Assembly: GCA_029820565.1 (NCBI GenBank)
Contig: JALGUR010000001.1
Location: 17,218-81,217 of the forward strand
Direction: 5' to 3'
Source of the DNA: Candidatus Zipacnadia bacterium
GTDB lineage: Bacteria > Armatimonadota > Zipacnadia > Zipacnadales > Zipacnadaceae
Length of the DNA: 64,000 bases
Each line of letters begins with the position of its first letter. Positions within the stretch are counted from its first letter, which is position 1. The position numbers and the translations under genes are program-made. A model generated the notes under the pieces. It was not told the origin of the DNA and searched no databases. It worked only from the letters and a program-made list of their open reading frames with translations. Positions 1 through 9,946 of the stretch are shown here, piece after piece.

Positions 1-39
1 AAGCCCAAGCAGTGTGCCAGAATATCCGCGCCGCCTTGT

Positions 40-1614
40 ATGCCGAAAAGATCAATCGCTTGTACTAACCTCATAGCACAGGGCACGGCTACTATGAACT
101 TGCATCTTCCCCCGAGTGCGGTGTCCGACCGCGTCAGCATCAGCAGGATGTTGCAGACCGATAGTAAGCAGACCTTCGCCCAACTGGACGGCCCGGGCTG
201 CATCTGGCACATCTGGGTAGCAACCGCCCGCCAGGAGATGGCGAATCGTCACATCATCATCCGGATTTTCTTCGACGACGCCGCCGTGCCCTTTGTGGAA
301 TCGCCGGTAGGCGACTTCTTCGGCGTAATGCATGGGAAAACCTGGTATCCGCTGAACACAGTTTACCTCTCAGTCAAAGCCCAAAGCGGCTACAATTGCT
401 ATTTCCCTATGCCTTTCGCCGAGTCAGCCCGCGTGGAGTTTGAAGCCGGTGAGGAAGAATATGTCTACCTGATGGTTGACTGGCAGCGCTATCCAGACCA
501 GCAGATCGACGAGCCGCTACGGTTCTGCGCCCGCTGGCGTCGGGAGATGCCTACACAGCGCTACGGCGAAGATTTTATTATGCTTGATGCCGATGGTCCT
601 GGACAATTGATAGGCTTCGCTTATGGGGTCAGGCTGATGGACGATGTTGATCGCTGGAGCCACGGTGGCGCCGACAATATCTACATTGACGGAGACGGCG
701 AGCACCCTGCGTATCTGCGCGGCATCGGCGGTGAGGACACTTTCGGCACCTCCTACGGCGGCGCGCTGCATCCTCCCGAGACACATCTGTACGCAGCCAT
801 GCCCTATTACGTGCATGAGGATGTCGGCCAGTCCCGGCCGGCTCAGCGCCTCGTGGGCTATCGCTTTTTCGAGCGTGACCCTATTGCGTTCGGCAAGTCG
901 TTACATATGCGCTTTGGGAGTATGTCTAACGATATCTGCAGCACCGTCTACTGGTACCAGAACAAGCCCGTGCGGCCATTTTTCAAGATGCCCTCTTGGC
1001 CGCTGCTACTGCCAGGCAGTGAGTTGCCCCGAGGCACCTACGATTTGCCCTTGGCTGACAGCGGCGAATGGTGGTTGTGCGGGCCTTTCGCCAATAAAGA
1101 CAATCAGGCGATGAAATCAGTACTTCCGGCTGAGTCAGAGTTGAACCCCGAGGCGACCTATGATGGACTGCACGAGCCGGACTCGCCGTGGTTGACTGAA
1201 GGCTCACGGCAAGCCGGGCGTGACGCGGCCCGGTGGGTGAAGCGCCCCGCCATTCACGGTTTTATTGACTTCAACCATGTGTTTCGCCCGCACCAACGGG
1301 GTACACCTCTCCCCCATACTGTCGTAGCCATCGCAAGGTGCATTCTGAATGCCCCCACTGATATGACCGCTCGCCTGCGCCTCGCCTGGGACGATCACAT
1401 GATCATCCGCATCAACGACGATGACCCACTGGATTTGGGCCACCACCACGCCTTTCGCGCCCAAACTCTGCAAGTTCCCCTGCGCACTGGGGCCAATGGT
1501 GTGGTGCTGAAACTTAGCAACGAAGTAGGCTCTAATCGTGGCGGCTGGGCATTTGCATTCCTGACTACCGCCCCGGATGGGACCGTCCTTTTACCGCAGA
1601 CGGAGTCAGGCTAA
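40..1614 (+). CDS. DUF2961 / GH172-like glycoside hydrolase family protein
   Basis: 524-aa ORF. The LDGPGCIWHIW motif near the N-terminus and the overall size fit my recollection of DUF2961 (GH172) jelly-roll proteins. Start is ambiguous (ATG 40 or ATG 94, neither with a clear SD). Confidence 0.6.
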   Translation: MPKRSIACTNLIAQGTATMNLHLPPSAVSDRVSISRMLQTDSKQTFAQLDGPGCIWHIWVATARQEMANRHIIIRIFFDDAAVPFVESPVGDFFGVMHGKTWYPLNTVYLSVKAQSGYNCYFPMPFAESARVEFEAGEEEYVYLMVDWQRYPDQQIDEPLRFCARWRREMPTQRYGEDFIMLDADGPGQLIGFAYGVRLMDDVDRWSHGGADNIYIDGDGEHPAYLRGIGGEDTFGTSYGGALHPPETHLYAAMPYYVHEDVGQSRPAQRLVGYRFFERDPIAFGKSLHMRFGSMSNDICSTVYWYQNKPVRPFFKMPSWPLLLPGSELPRGTYDLPLADSGEWWLCGPFANKDNQAMKSVLPAESELNPEATYDGLHEPDSPWLTEGSRQAGRDAARWVKRPAIHGFIDFNHVFRPHQRGTPLPHTVVAIARCILNAPTDMTARLRLAWDDHMIIRINDDDPLDLGHHHAFRAQTLQVPLRTGANGVVLKLSNEVGSNRGGWAFAFLTTAPDGTVLLPQTESG

Positions 1615-1677
1615 TTAGCCACGAGATGACGCACGTAGGATTCGGGGAATTGTCGCAGCAGTTGGCGCATAGACCCA

Positions 1678-2547
1678 TCAATCCGCGAAGTCCTCATACA
1701 ACGCCAGCGGCTGCGACATTGCCTCGTCCAGGTCGGTGACCACGAGTCTGGCGTGAGCCGTGCGCTGGTCGCCAGGGACCAAGTCATGGCCGAACAGCGA
1801 CAGGTACAGAGGATTCTGGTCTTTGAAGGGGTCGCCAAAGTTGTCGCTGTCGTACCCGCTGACCACGGCGAAGCATTCCTCAGGACGCGACATAAGTACA
1901 GCAGCCACGCGGCGGTCGGAGTCAGTTTGAAACATCAGGGGAAGCGCGTAGTAGCGCTGCGGATTCCACTGGTACAGTGCCCAGATGCGATTCCAGCGCC
2001 CGTCCACAGGGAGTTGGGTCGCGTGTTGATCGCGGGGAAACACCAGGCCCGTGCCCAGAAACACATCGTTGACGACCGGGGCGATCCACTCGGGCTGGTC
2101 GGGAGGGTCAGAATAGGGACTGCCTTCCACGTAGACGTAGGGTCGCATTGCCGGATCAAAGTAGTTGGACAGGAACACCTCGTAGGCCGGATAGACCCAG
2201 TCCGAACGGACAGTGACCGTCAGGTCAATGATGTTGGGTTCCCGGAACTGGTAGCGCGCGGTCAGTTCGGCTTTGTGTTCATCGGTGGGCGGCCAATGGA
2301 CTAAGACGCCATCCTCCTGCGCCTCGACCGTCCGCTCCTTCTCGCGTGCTGTCCCCATACACAGGTTGGTAGAGAAGAGCAGAAACAGGTTCAATGCGTC
2401 ATATTCGGGATGGACGACATCAATGCCGGTGGGTTTGTGCACCAGGGTCTTCACACCGTGCCGCTCCCCGTAAGGTTGAAGGACACCGGTCAACTCTTCG
2501 GTCTCGAAATCCCAGATGTTATTGTCAGGGTCGTGAGATAGTCTCAT
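1678..2547 (-). CDS. hypothetical protein (no family recognised)
   Basis: ORF-track 1678..2673 trimmed to ATG at 2547, which follows an AAGGGAGG SD. 289 aa, convergent with the DUF2961 gene. Confidence 0.6.
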   Translation of the reverse strand: MRLSHDPDNNIWDFETEELTGVLQPYGERHGVKTLVHKPTGIDVVHPEYDALNLFLLFSTNLCMGTAREKERTVEAQEDGVLVHWPPTDEHKAELTARYQFREPNIIDLTVTVRSDWVYPAYEVFLSNYFDPAMRPYVYVEGSPYSDPPDQPEWIAPVVNDVFLGTGLVFPRDQHATQLPVDGRWNRIWALYQWNPQRYYALPLMFQTDSDRRVAAVLMSRPEECFAVVSGYDSDNFGDPFKDQNPLYLSLFGHDLVPGDQRTAHARLVVTDLDEAMSQPLALYEDFAD

Positions 2548-2590
2548 AAAAGCGGCCTCCCTTATGGAATCATTACCAGCAATGCATGCA

Positions 2591-3784
2591 TCAGTCCCAG
2601 CCGGCGATGGTATAACGCACCCCGCCCTGCGGGAAACTGACAGCCGTGAGAGCCTCAACATCACGAGGATCATGACCGTACACCCGGCGGAACTCCTCCT
2701 CCATCTGCTTCTCCAGCGGGGTCACTTCGGTCAGTGGCAATTCCATCCAGACGCTGCCGCGCCGCGCACTTTCGCGCATCGCCAACAAGATTTCAATGTC
2801 GCGGCGAGCATTCAGCGGTCCGTACTTGGGCTCGTTGTCTTCTGTGACCGCTTTATGAAAACCAAGCAGCAGTTCCATCCGGGCTACTTCGTCGCTGTCG
2901 GCCGCCCGATATTGCTTGAATGGATTAACGAAGACAATCGGCGGCTCGGTATCCACCCGTACGTGGTCGAGGATTTCTTCTCCACCGACCTTCGTATACT
3001 CGGTAATAAACGGATAACGTTCAAAATCGGTCTCCGAGCCAATGTACAACTCTTCGCCAAACAACTGTCCTTCGCTACCTTCAATGTCCCACCGCCGGCT
3101 CATCCGAGCGCGGGGCGGACTCTCAAAGAGGCAGACTATATCGTTGTCAAACTCAATCACCGCGTGGTCCCAGCGGTCCTGGCTCAACTCATCGCCCGTA
3201 AAGTGGGTGAAGGTGGGGATAGGCACATGGCCGGTGACGCCAAGCACCCGCCGCGCGTCGCTGCGAATCAGCATCCGCACCGCGTTGATGCCGTGATAGT
3301 CAGCCTTGTTGGTATAGTATAGTCGGGCATGATGGATCGTGCCGATCAATCCCGCGTCAATAATCTTGCGCTTGAGTTGTTCCTCGGCCCAGAGGTAGAC
3401 CTGCTCGGTAACCTCTAATTTCACCCCGTTTTCTCGGGCGGTTCCAATCATAAAATCGGCAATAGGTAGCGTCGGCGCAATGGGAATCTCGGTCAGGACG
3501 TTAATTCCCCGCCGAGCAGCCACACCGACGACCATTGGGTTGCAGTCCGGGGGCGTACCGTTGAGGATGACGTCGGGTTGTTCCTCCTGGAGCATCCTGA
3601 TGAGGTCGGTGTATGCACGCACCCCCCAGCGTTCCCCGCTCTTTTTCGCCCGCTCGGGGTTGACCTCACACAGAGCACAAAAGTCATAGAGGTCCGGGGG
3701 CTCAGAGAGCTTCTTCAGCGTTGACATCCAACTCTGCCCGCGCCCTGGGCCAGCACCCACCATCGCAATGCGCAGCGCAGCCAT
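2591..3784 (-). CDS. Gfo/Idh/MocA family oxidoreductase
   Basis: ORF trimmed to ATG 3784 (GGAG SD upstream). N-terminal Rossmann motif LRIAMVGAGPGRG and typical family length. Confidence 0.8.
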   Translation of the reverse strand: MAALRIAMVGAGPGRGQSWMSTLKKLSEPPDLYDFCALCEVNPERAKKSGERWGVRAYTDLIRMLQEEQPDVILNGTPPDCNPMVVGVAARRGINVLTEIPIAPTLPIADFMIGTARENGVKLEVTEQVYLWAEEQLKRKIIDAGLIGTIHHARLYYTNKADYHGINAVRMLIRSDARRVLGVTGHVPIPTFTHFTGDELSQDRWDHAVIEFDNDIVCLFESPPRARMSRRWDIEGSEGQLFGEELYIGSETDFERYPFITEYTKVGGEEILDHVRVDTEPPIVFVNPFKQYRAADSDEVARMELLLGFHKAVTEDNEPKYGPLNARRDIEILLAMRESARRGSVWMELPLTEVTPLEKQMEEEFRRVYGHDPRDVEALTAVSFPQGGVRYTIAGWD

Positions 3785-3865
3785 AGTATTACTCCTTTCG
3801 CAATTGGAGACTGATGCAGCACTTACCTCATCGCACACGCGGGCGCATTTGAGCCAACCGGCGCA

Positions 3866-4807
3866 CTATGGCGCTGGTGTCTCGGCAGGAGGAGCCGGAG
3901 GGGTCTCTTCTTTTTTCTCCTCTTTCTTACGGCGCAGCCACAGGCCGCTGATGTCTTCGGCGCGAATCCAGTCCTGTTCAATGGCGATTACCGCTTTGGG
4001 GCAGCGCAGTTCATCACCTTCATCGGTCACTACTCGCACATTGCCCGTCAGAGTGACCGTGTCCTTCAGGTCTTCATAGACGGCCTCATCAGCCCAGGCA
4101 GTTTTGTCCTCCTGAACTGCCTTTAGCGGGCCATACAACAGTGCCTTCTTGACGTCGTCGGCGTAGTAGTAGACTATCTTCTGGCAAGTAATAGTGGTTT
4201 TCTTCTCCCAGTAGTCCTTCAGCTTCTCAGGTTCTTCCTCTTCTTCGGATTCTTCCCCCGAAGTGGTTACTGCCTCGGCAGATTCTGAACTCTCCGACGA
4301 GTTGCTGGGCTGCTCCTCGGGCTTGGATTCCTCCGACGATTTTTTCTTCTTCCTTTGGGTAACCATCCGGACATTGCCGGTGATTACCATCTTTTCTTCG
4401 TCAAAGTCAGCAGTGATAAGGTCGCCGACGATGGTAGTCTCGGGATCGACCACCTTCAGGTGCCCAATGGCTCGAGCAGTTTCGTCTCGGTCGTTGTACC
4501 AGGATTCATCACAGTAGAGTTTGACATCCTCGTGGGAGAAAACTACATTGCCCGACAGGTGGGCCGTTTTCTCGGTGGCATCCCAATTCAGTTGGTCGGC
4601 ATGCTCTACGCGGACTACGTCCTCTTCTTCTTCGGCGTCTTCATCGGCGGCACCGGTCTCTTCATCGGTTGCCGCCGGCTCCTTGGGCTGTTCGCCGGCC
4701 GGGCGGGACAAGTCCGCGGGCTGTTGAGCCAGGCCCGGGGATATGATTAGACTGACAGTTGAGAGCACTATAACAAGCACAGTCAGGATCAGCCAAAAAT
4801 ATTTCAT
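3866..4807 (-). CDS. LptA/OstA-like periplasmic protein with acidic low-complexity insertions
   Basis: N-terminal signal/anchor MKYFWLILTVLVIVLSTVSL. Repeated OstA-type beta segments (HLSGNVVFSHEDVKLYCD, ITGNVRMV, LTGNVRVVTDEGDELRC). E/S/K-rich insert and charged tails. ATGA overlap with the upstream LptC-like gene. Confidence 0.6.
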   Translation of the reverse strand: MKYFWLILTVLVIVLSTVSLIISPGLAQQPADLSRPAGEQPKEPAATDEETGAADEDAEEEEDVVRVEHADQLNWDATEKTAHLSGNVVFSHEDVKLYCDESWYNDRDETARAIGHLKVVDPETTIVGDLITADFDEEKMVITGNVRMVTQRKKKKSSEESKPEEQPSNSSESSESAEAVTTSGEESEEEEEPEKLKDYWEKKTTITCQKIVYYYADDVKKALLYGPLKAVQEDKTAWADEAVYEDLKDTVTLTGNVRVVTDEGDELRCPKAVIAIEQDWIRAEDISGLWLRRKKEEKKEETPPAPPAETPAP

Positions 4808-5481
4808 CCGCCCATCGCCTCCCGCAACTTCTGCTTAGCTTCTTCAGCGTTAAATATCATCTGCACTGATTGTATGGTGAAGTCACCCGTTTCCACATTG
4901 AATTGCAGCCGCTGGCCGACGACCTTATTGTCGCCCGCCCACATAGTGACCTGATTAGGACAGTCCACCAGGTCTTGATTTACATAGTAGTTGAGGCCGG
5001 TGGTAACTATTATGGCGTCGCGACTGCTCAAAGTGACCTCACCGGGACAGATTATTTCCTGCTCGCCCTGGCTCCACTGAACCTTATCCGTAGTAATCAA
5101 GGCACCGCGATACGAGACCACGCGCACATCACCAGCCACTTCAAAGTCGCGCTGGGCCGTGTTGCCAACAACCTGTTGGGCACTAACCCGCACGATAGGT
5201 TTGCCTTCAGCGCCATAGATGAGAGCCTCCTGCACGCCCTGAGCCGTGATATTCTGCCCACCAGCAGATATATGGATATTCTTGAGGCGCAGTTGCCAGG
5301 ATAATTTGCCCTCTTCGGTGTGTTTGATGACCGGCCGCTCCACTATCACCCCGGGTCTCTCGCCCGCAGGCGGCGGCAATGAAGTGTGGGATGGTGGCGT
5401 GCGCCAATTGTACACCAAGGCAAAACTCACTGCCATAACAATAATCAGCAGGCTGAGGCCTATCAGTTTTTGGTACGACAT
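4804..5481 (-). CDS. LptC-like membrane-anchored protein
   Basis: Single N-terminal TM (LIGLSLLIIVMAVSFALVY) followed by an LptC/OstA-like beta region. Start chosen at ATG 5481 just before the TM; the ORF is open to 5556. Stop overlaps the LptA-like start. Confidence 0.5.
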   Translation of the reverse strand: MSYQKLIGLSLLIIVMAVSFALVYNWRTPPSHTSLPPPAGERPGVIVERPVIKHTEEGKLSWQLRLKNIHISAGGQNITAQGVQEALIYGAEGKPIVRVSAQQVVGNTAQRDFEVAGDVRVVSYRGALITTDKVQWSQGEQEIICPGEVTLSSRDAIIVTTGLNYYVNQDLVDCPNQVTMWAGDNKVVGQRLQFNVETGDFTIQSVQMIFNAEEAKQKLREAMGG

Positions 5482-5636
5482 TACCAGCCACCCACCCTGT
5501 TTTCGGCCAATAACTTCCCCGATCACTTTGTATTGTACCATAACACCACTAAGCACAACAATACTGACCGTTAGTCTGACGCTGGCAGTGGCGAACAGGT
5601 TCCGCGCTGCGCTGGGGGTAGGTGGGAAGGTAAAGC

Positions 5637-8600
5637 CTATTCCTCGATGTCCAGTATCTCCTCGTCGTCAAGAGGTCCTTGAGTACCCTCCAGCCAGGTC
5701 TTGAACAACTGCTGGGCCTCTTTCTTAGTTAAGGCACGGCCAGCTAAGGCGTCCCGCAATTCCCTAAAATCGCGGGGAACCAGGGTCTTTCCGACCAGGA
5801 CCCGATTGATGTGCCCCACAACGTCATCAGTAAACAAGGTCAGGATCTGCTTGGGAGTGGGCGGGACGGACAGTTGCGCGATGTTACTGATTTTCTCAGG
5901 TATATCGCCCCGATGCGGCAGAACGGCGGCATAGGTGAGCAGTTGCTGTTGGAATTGAGGCTGACACAACACCTGCGCATACTCCTCCAGACCTTGGCCT
6001 ATTGCCGCCTTCAAACTATCAACGGAAGGGAGTTGTGGCGCTTTCCCCAATACCAACTGGCAGGATGGACAGACAGGATGTCGGTCCAAACCCATTGCCA
6101 AATCCGGATAACGACAGCGCTGGGCTACGCACTCGTTGATGAGTTCAGCGACATGCCCCGCATTGTGCTCTACTTCCATATCAATCTTCTCAAGTTGGGC
6201 CAGGGCGCGATATTCGGCAGTGGATTGGACCGAACGGTACTGCTCGAAAATAGGATTACCGTATACTTGGTTGTGCCAGGTCAGATACTTGCGCTTGTAA
6301 GTCGTAAGGAATCTCTGCAAATAGCGGCGGAAGGCCAGTTGTTGGCCAATGACCTCCTCACCACTATCAATTAGTTCAGCCAGGCTCTGGGCACGTTTTT
6401 CCAGATCAGGATCAGCGGCTACTCCCAGTTCGACACTATCAATGTATTGTTTGACGGCAGTTAAAGCAGAAGCCACCTCGGTTAGGAAGTCTCCTAAGTC
6501 ATCAATCCGCTGCAGTAGCCCCGTTAATAGCCGAGGTCCATGGTTTTCGGTCATATACGGTTCCAGGCGTGAGAGTAACTCATCAAGGCCAGCCGCACTA
6601 TGCTTGTGAGGGTCAATCATTTCGAAGAATTCAACCGCATCATTCACATCGGTTACTGACTGCTGCCATTTTTCGGGCGCCTGACCCAGCGAGTGCCACA
6701 CCTCCTCGAGTTGTTCCTGGAGCCGTTGTAGGCGGTTGAGTTGTCGCTCGCGCTCAAGCAGCAGTTGCTCCCAGATATGCTGCTGTACCGCATAATCAGG
6801 GCCGGGAATACCGGTCTTAAGGAGAATACGCGCCAGGCGGCTGAGCACTTGCCAAGTGCTCAAGGGCAGCAGGGGCGGCCGAGCGATAAACTGAACTTTG
6901 CTGCTGAAGGGTAGTTCGATATCCCGAAATCGCAGCGGCTGGCCCGACTCATCCAGAGCCACCAGATAGCCCAGCCGTACCAAGACGGCTACCGCCAACT
7001 CGAACAGTTGCGGGCTCAACCCAAGAGGGGATTTTAGCAGGTGCTGAGCCAGGTCGGGACAGGACAAGGCCCGTCCTTGCTTATGCTGCGGCGTCTGGTC
7101 CCTCTGACGGATTAAACGCATTATCTCCTTGGCTACGGTGCTGTTGGCAACCTGGAGTTGGATAGTGTTATTCTCATAGGTCACCAAGCCTAAGGGCACC
7201 AGGAAGGCGTCGCATAATTCGCGCAGATTCGATTCGGGTTCAGATTCCAATGGGGCTGCTGCAATTACCTGGCTGACTAACTTATCCACCTGCTCCTGGC
7301 TAGTTATCGGACGGCGTGGGGCAATGGGAGGAAAATCAGGGAACAGAGCCAATAAGGCCGGCCGGGAGGCGGCGGATAGAGTCGCTGCCCAGTCGCCTTT
7401 GGCCACGTTCAGTTCCTCCACCCCGACTGCCTCTCCAGTGAGCGTGGCTATCTGACCTTCATAGTAGGCTTGTTGAGTGATCTGGCGAACCTGGTTGTCT
7501 ACGGTCATGCGCTCTTCCAGCAGCCGACTGCGCCAGGCGGCCTGCAACTCAGGTTCGGGGGCCGGTTGATGTAGCAATGCGTGGCAGGCGACACACTGCT
7601 TGACAACGTCAACCTCCTGCGGAGTTAGAGCCCGAGGCAACCAGGCTATCAAGCCCGCCGCCCACCGGGAGTGCAGTGCGGATGATTGGGCGGGGGGCCA
7701 AGCGCTCATCTGCGGCTGGGGACGCAGCAATTCGGCCACAAAAAGCCGACAGTCCTCTGCGGTAGCGGGGTCACCCAGTTCAACCACGTAGGCAGCCAGT
7801 TGCGCAGTCGTCAAGGTGGCCAAATTCGCTGTCTCTATTCTGACAGTCCGATGGCTATTGTTCCATAGCACCTCTTGAAGTTGGCTGCGAGTCAGTTCAG
7901 CCAAGGGGAAATTGGGGCTATCGTTACAGGTGACTATCCGCCGCCACAGACGCGGGTCATCATCAGCCAGAGTTGCCTTCACGGCGTTCAGCCGCCGCCG
8001 CATCAACTCAGTAAGATTGGTAGAGGCATCTACCAGATATACTGAAGAGGCCGGGTCAGGACCACGGCGGACGTCCACGTAACTGCCCATTACTCGCATA
8101 GTCTCCAGCAGTTGTCTGACCCGCTCTGGATTCGCCCGAGGATTGCCTTCCTCAGTTAGACCCAAACTCTCGGCAATAATGTTGGCCGAGGCCGACACGT
8201 TGCCCAAGCGCAATACTATCAGGCACCGGATTAGATCGAGGCCCAAGTCAGGATCTTCAGGCACTACTTGGGAGATATTCCTCTGGTAGAAATCCTCGAT
8301 CTCAGTGAAGTAGGGAGCGGCCTGAGGATGAGAATCAAGTAGCGAACGAAGAAAAGGCACAATCTCCACCGGTCCCACCAGTCGGCAGCAATCACGCTCA
8401 CGATAATTGTTCAACCCGCCCTGGTTGGCGGGAGCCGTTACCAGCCGTATTAACCCATCAGCAGTACCTAAATACCTTTGCACTGTTGTCTCCAGGCTCT
8501 GGATAGCTAAAGGGTGCAGGGGATAGGTATCAACTAACTCGGGAAGAGTGAATGTGGGTTCACCAAAGGCATCCTGGTAGGCCTCGTAGGCTTGTGCCAC

Positions 8601-9665
8601 GGCCTGCTGAATGTTTTGACGATCCTGTGGTGACGATGCCAGGCGCTGCATGGCTACCTTACGCATCTGAGCCGCGGGCAGCCTGATGGTAGTATATAGG
8701 GTCTGGAGGCTGCCTAATAGATACGGCTCGAGACCCGCAAATTGTTCAAGACTTTCTTCTAATGCCACCACCAGGTATAGCGGTTCAATCTTGCTGCGCT
8801 GGCCCAGGAATTCCAGAAAGCCACAATCGTTGTGCACGGCCTTGGAGTCGACACTGGCCAGGAAACCCGATAGATCGTCAACGACCCACACCACCCCCCG
8901 GAGGTTCTGGTCAGCCACTATCTGGGAGAGCCGCGAGAGTCGTTCCGTCCGCGACTGGCGGAAATCCAAAGGATAGCCCAGTTGCCGAGCAAGTTGGCGG
9001 GCTATGCTTACCGCTTCGTCGGGATGGTTCTGCTTGAGTTGGCCGAAGGTGGTGTATCCGCCGGGATACTGCCGGGCTTTCTCATTGAGTTGGGTGCCAT
9101 AGCGCGGGATCATATGGCGCTGAATGAGGTCCATTGAATAGGACCGAGGGGACAGCGGAACGGCCAAGTCGTATTTGGTTCGGGCTAACTCCTGCTCAGT
9201 TCGCTGAAATAGGATATCCTCCAGATGTTCCTGATCCCCCCGATGCTCATCTAAAGGGACCGGCACGACCAGCGGGCCCGATTGGGGCGGCACTCGCTGC
9301 TGTAAGTCCTGGAATTGAGGGTGGTTCTCCAAGAAGGCAGACCAGGCCATCGGATATTCCAACAGCAAGGTAACAGCAGTGAGCAGATGAGACTTGCCGG
9401 AGCGCGGCGGGCCCTGAACTAATATCGCCGCTCCCTGGTTACTATCATACTGAGTCACCGCAGTCAAAATGCGGCGCAGGGCCGCCTCAGCCTCGTCTCC
9501 CTCAGCGACATAATCGCCCAGTAACTGCTGGAGTTGCGAAGAGACAGGCAGAGACAGTCCCGTGCTCTGTTGGTCAAGGTCCTTCCGCAAAGCGGATAAC
9601 TGACTCAGTGATACTGAACGAAGGGGCTCGCCGATAGTAATTATGTCTCCGATGCTTGTCGCCAC
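5637..9665 (-). CDS. large orphan P-loop NTPase (BrxC/PglY- or DUF6079-like layout) with C-terminal zinc ribbon
   Basis: 1,342-aa ORF with GTG start. Walker A GPPRSGKSH (aa 85-93, nt about 9390-9413) and Walker B VVWVVDD (aa 257-263). YPLHP motif after the ATPase core, then a long helical body. CVAQRC...CPSC pattern near the C-terminus. Confidence 0.7.
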   Translation of the reverse strand: MATSIGDIITIGEPLRSVSLSQLSALRKDLDQQSTGLSLPVSSQLQQLLGDYVAEGDEAEAALRRILTAVTQYDSNQGAAILVQGPPRSGKSHLLTAVTLLLEYPMAWSAFLENHPQFQDLQQRVPPQSGPLVVPVPLDEHRGDQEHLEDILFQRTEQELARTKYDLAVPLSPRSYSMDLIQRHMIPRYGTQLNEKARQYPGGYTTFGQLKQNHPDEAVSIARQLARQLGYPLDFRQSRTERLSRLSQIVADQNLRGVVWVVDDLSGFLASVDSKAVHNDCGFLEFLGQRSKIEPLYLVVALEESLEQFAGLEPYLLGSLQTLYTTIRLPAAQMRKVAMQRLASSPQDRQNIQQAVAQAYEAYQDAFGEPTFTLPELVDTYPLHPLAIQSLETTVQRYLGTADGLIRLVTAPANQGGLNNYRERDCCRLVGPVEIVPFLRSLLDSHPQAAPYFTEIEDFYQRNISQVVPEDPDLGLDLIRCLIVLRLGNVSASANIIAESLGLTEEGNPRANPERVRQLLETMRVMGSYVDVRRGPDPASSVYLVDASTNLTELMRRRLNAVKATLADDDPRLWRRIVTCNDSPNFPLAELTRSQLQEVLWNNSHRTVRIETANLATLTTAQLAAYVVELGDPATAEDCRLFVAELLRPQPQMSAWPPAQSSALHSRWAAGLIAWLPRALTPQEVDVVKQCVACHALLHQPAPEPELQAAWRSRLLEERMTVDNQVRQITQQAYYEGQIATLTGEAVGVEELNVAKGDWAATLSAASRPALLALFPDFPPIAPRRPITSQEQVDKLVSQVIAAAPLESEPESNLRELCDAFLVPLGLVTYENNTIQLQVANSTVAKEIMRLIRQRDQTPQHKQGRALSCPDLAQHLLKSPLGLSPQLFELAVAVLVRLGYLVALDESGQPLRFRDIELPFSSKVQFIARPPLLPLSTWQVLSRLARILLKTGIPGPDYAVQQHIWEQLLLERERQLNRLQRLQEQLEEVWHSLGQAPEKWQQSVTDVNDAVEFFEMIDPHKHSAAGLDELLSRLEPYMTENHGPRLLTGLLQRIDDLGDFLTEVASALTAVKQYIDSVELGVAADPDLEKRAQSLAELIDSGEEVIGQQLAFRRYLQRFLTTYKRKYLTWHNQVYGNPIFEQYRSVQSTAEYRALAQLEKIDMEVEHNAGHVAELINECVAQRCRYPDLAMGLDRHPVCPSCQLVLGKAPQLPSVDSLKAAIGQGLEEYAQVLCQPQFQQQLLTYAAVLPHRGDIPEKISNIAQLSVPPTPKQILTLFTDDVVGHINRVLVGKTLVPRDFRELRDALAGRALTKKEAQQLFKTWLEGTQGPLDDEEILDIEE

Positions 9666-9917
9666 GTGTCTCTCACCTGCCCAGGGCTATTAAGCCACTG
9701 TTCGGTATGGTACAGAGATTTGCTTCAGGGCAATTGCCCAATGGGCTGCGAGTGGTTCTGCAATGAATGAGGCTATGACTTGAAGGTAGCCGATTATGGT
9801 GTCTTCGGATTGCGTATGGTGGTCTATTCGCCGGTGGGACACAAACTCCTTCTTCAAAATAAACCAGAAAAGAAGGATTTGTTCATCAGGTGGAGAAATG
9901 CAAACTTAGTAGCAAAG

Positions 9918-9946
9918 TGATATAATTGGGCCATAGTTGATATACT
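9918..9946 (+). promoter_or_regulatory. candidate promoter (two tandem extended -10-like boxes) for the oxidoreductase/glycan operon
   Basis: TGaTATAAT at 9918-9926 and TGaTATACT at 9938-9946, in an AT-rich 300-bp divergent intergenic region. No convincing -35. Confidence 0.3.

Noticed and set aside
4240-4350. Low-complexity GA/GAA-rich DNA in the LptA-like gene, considered as a frameshift-prone repeat or assembly artefact
   Set aside because: The frame is uninterrupted and the flanking OstA-like segments are in the same frame. It is interpreted as a genuine acidic insert.
5637-9665. Calling the region a BREX locus
   Set aside because: Only the large ATPase is present. No PglX-type methyltransferase, PglZ, BrxA/B/L or other BREX genes are in the flanks, so only an orphan BrxC-like layout can be claimed.
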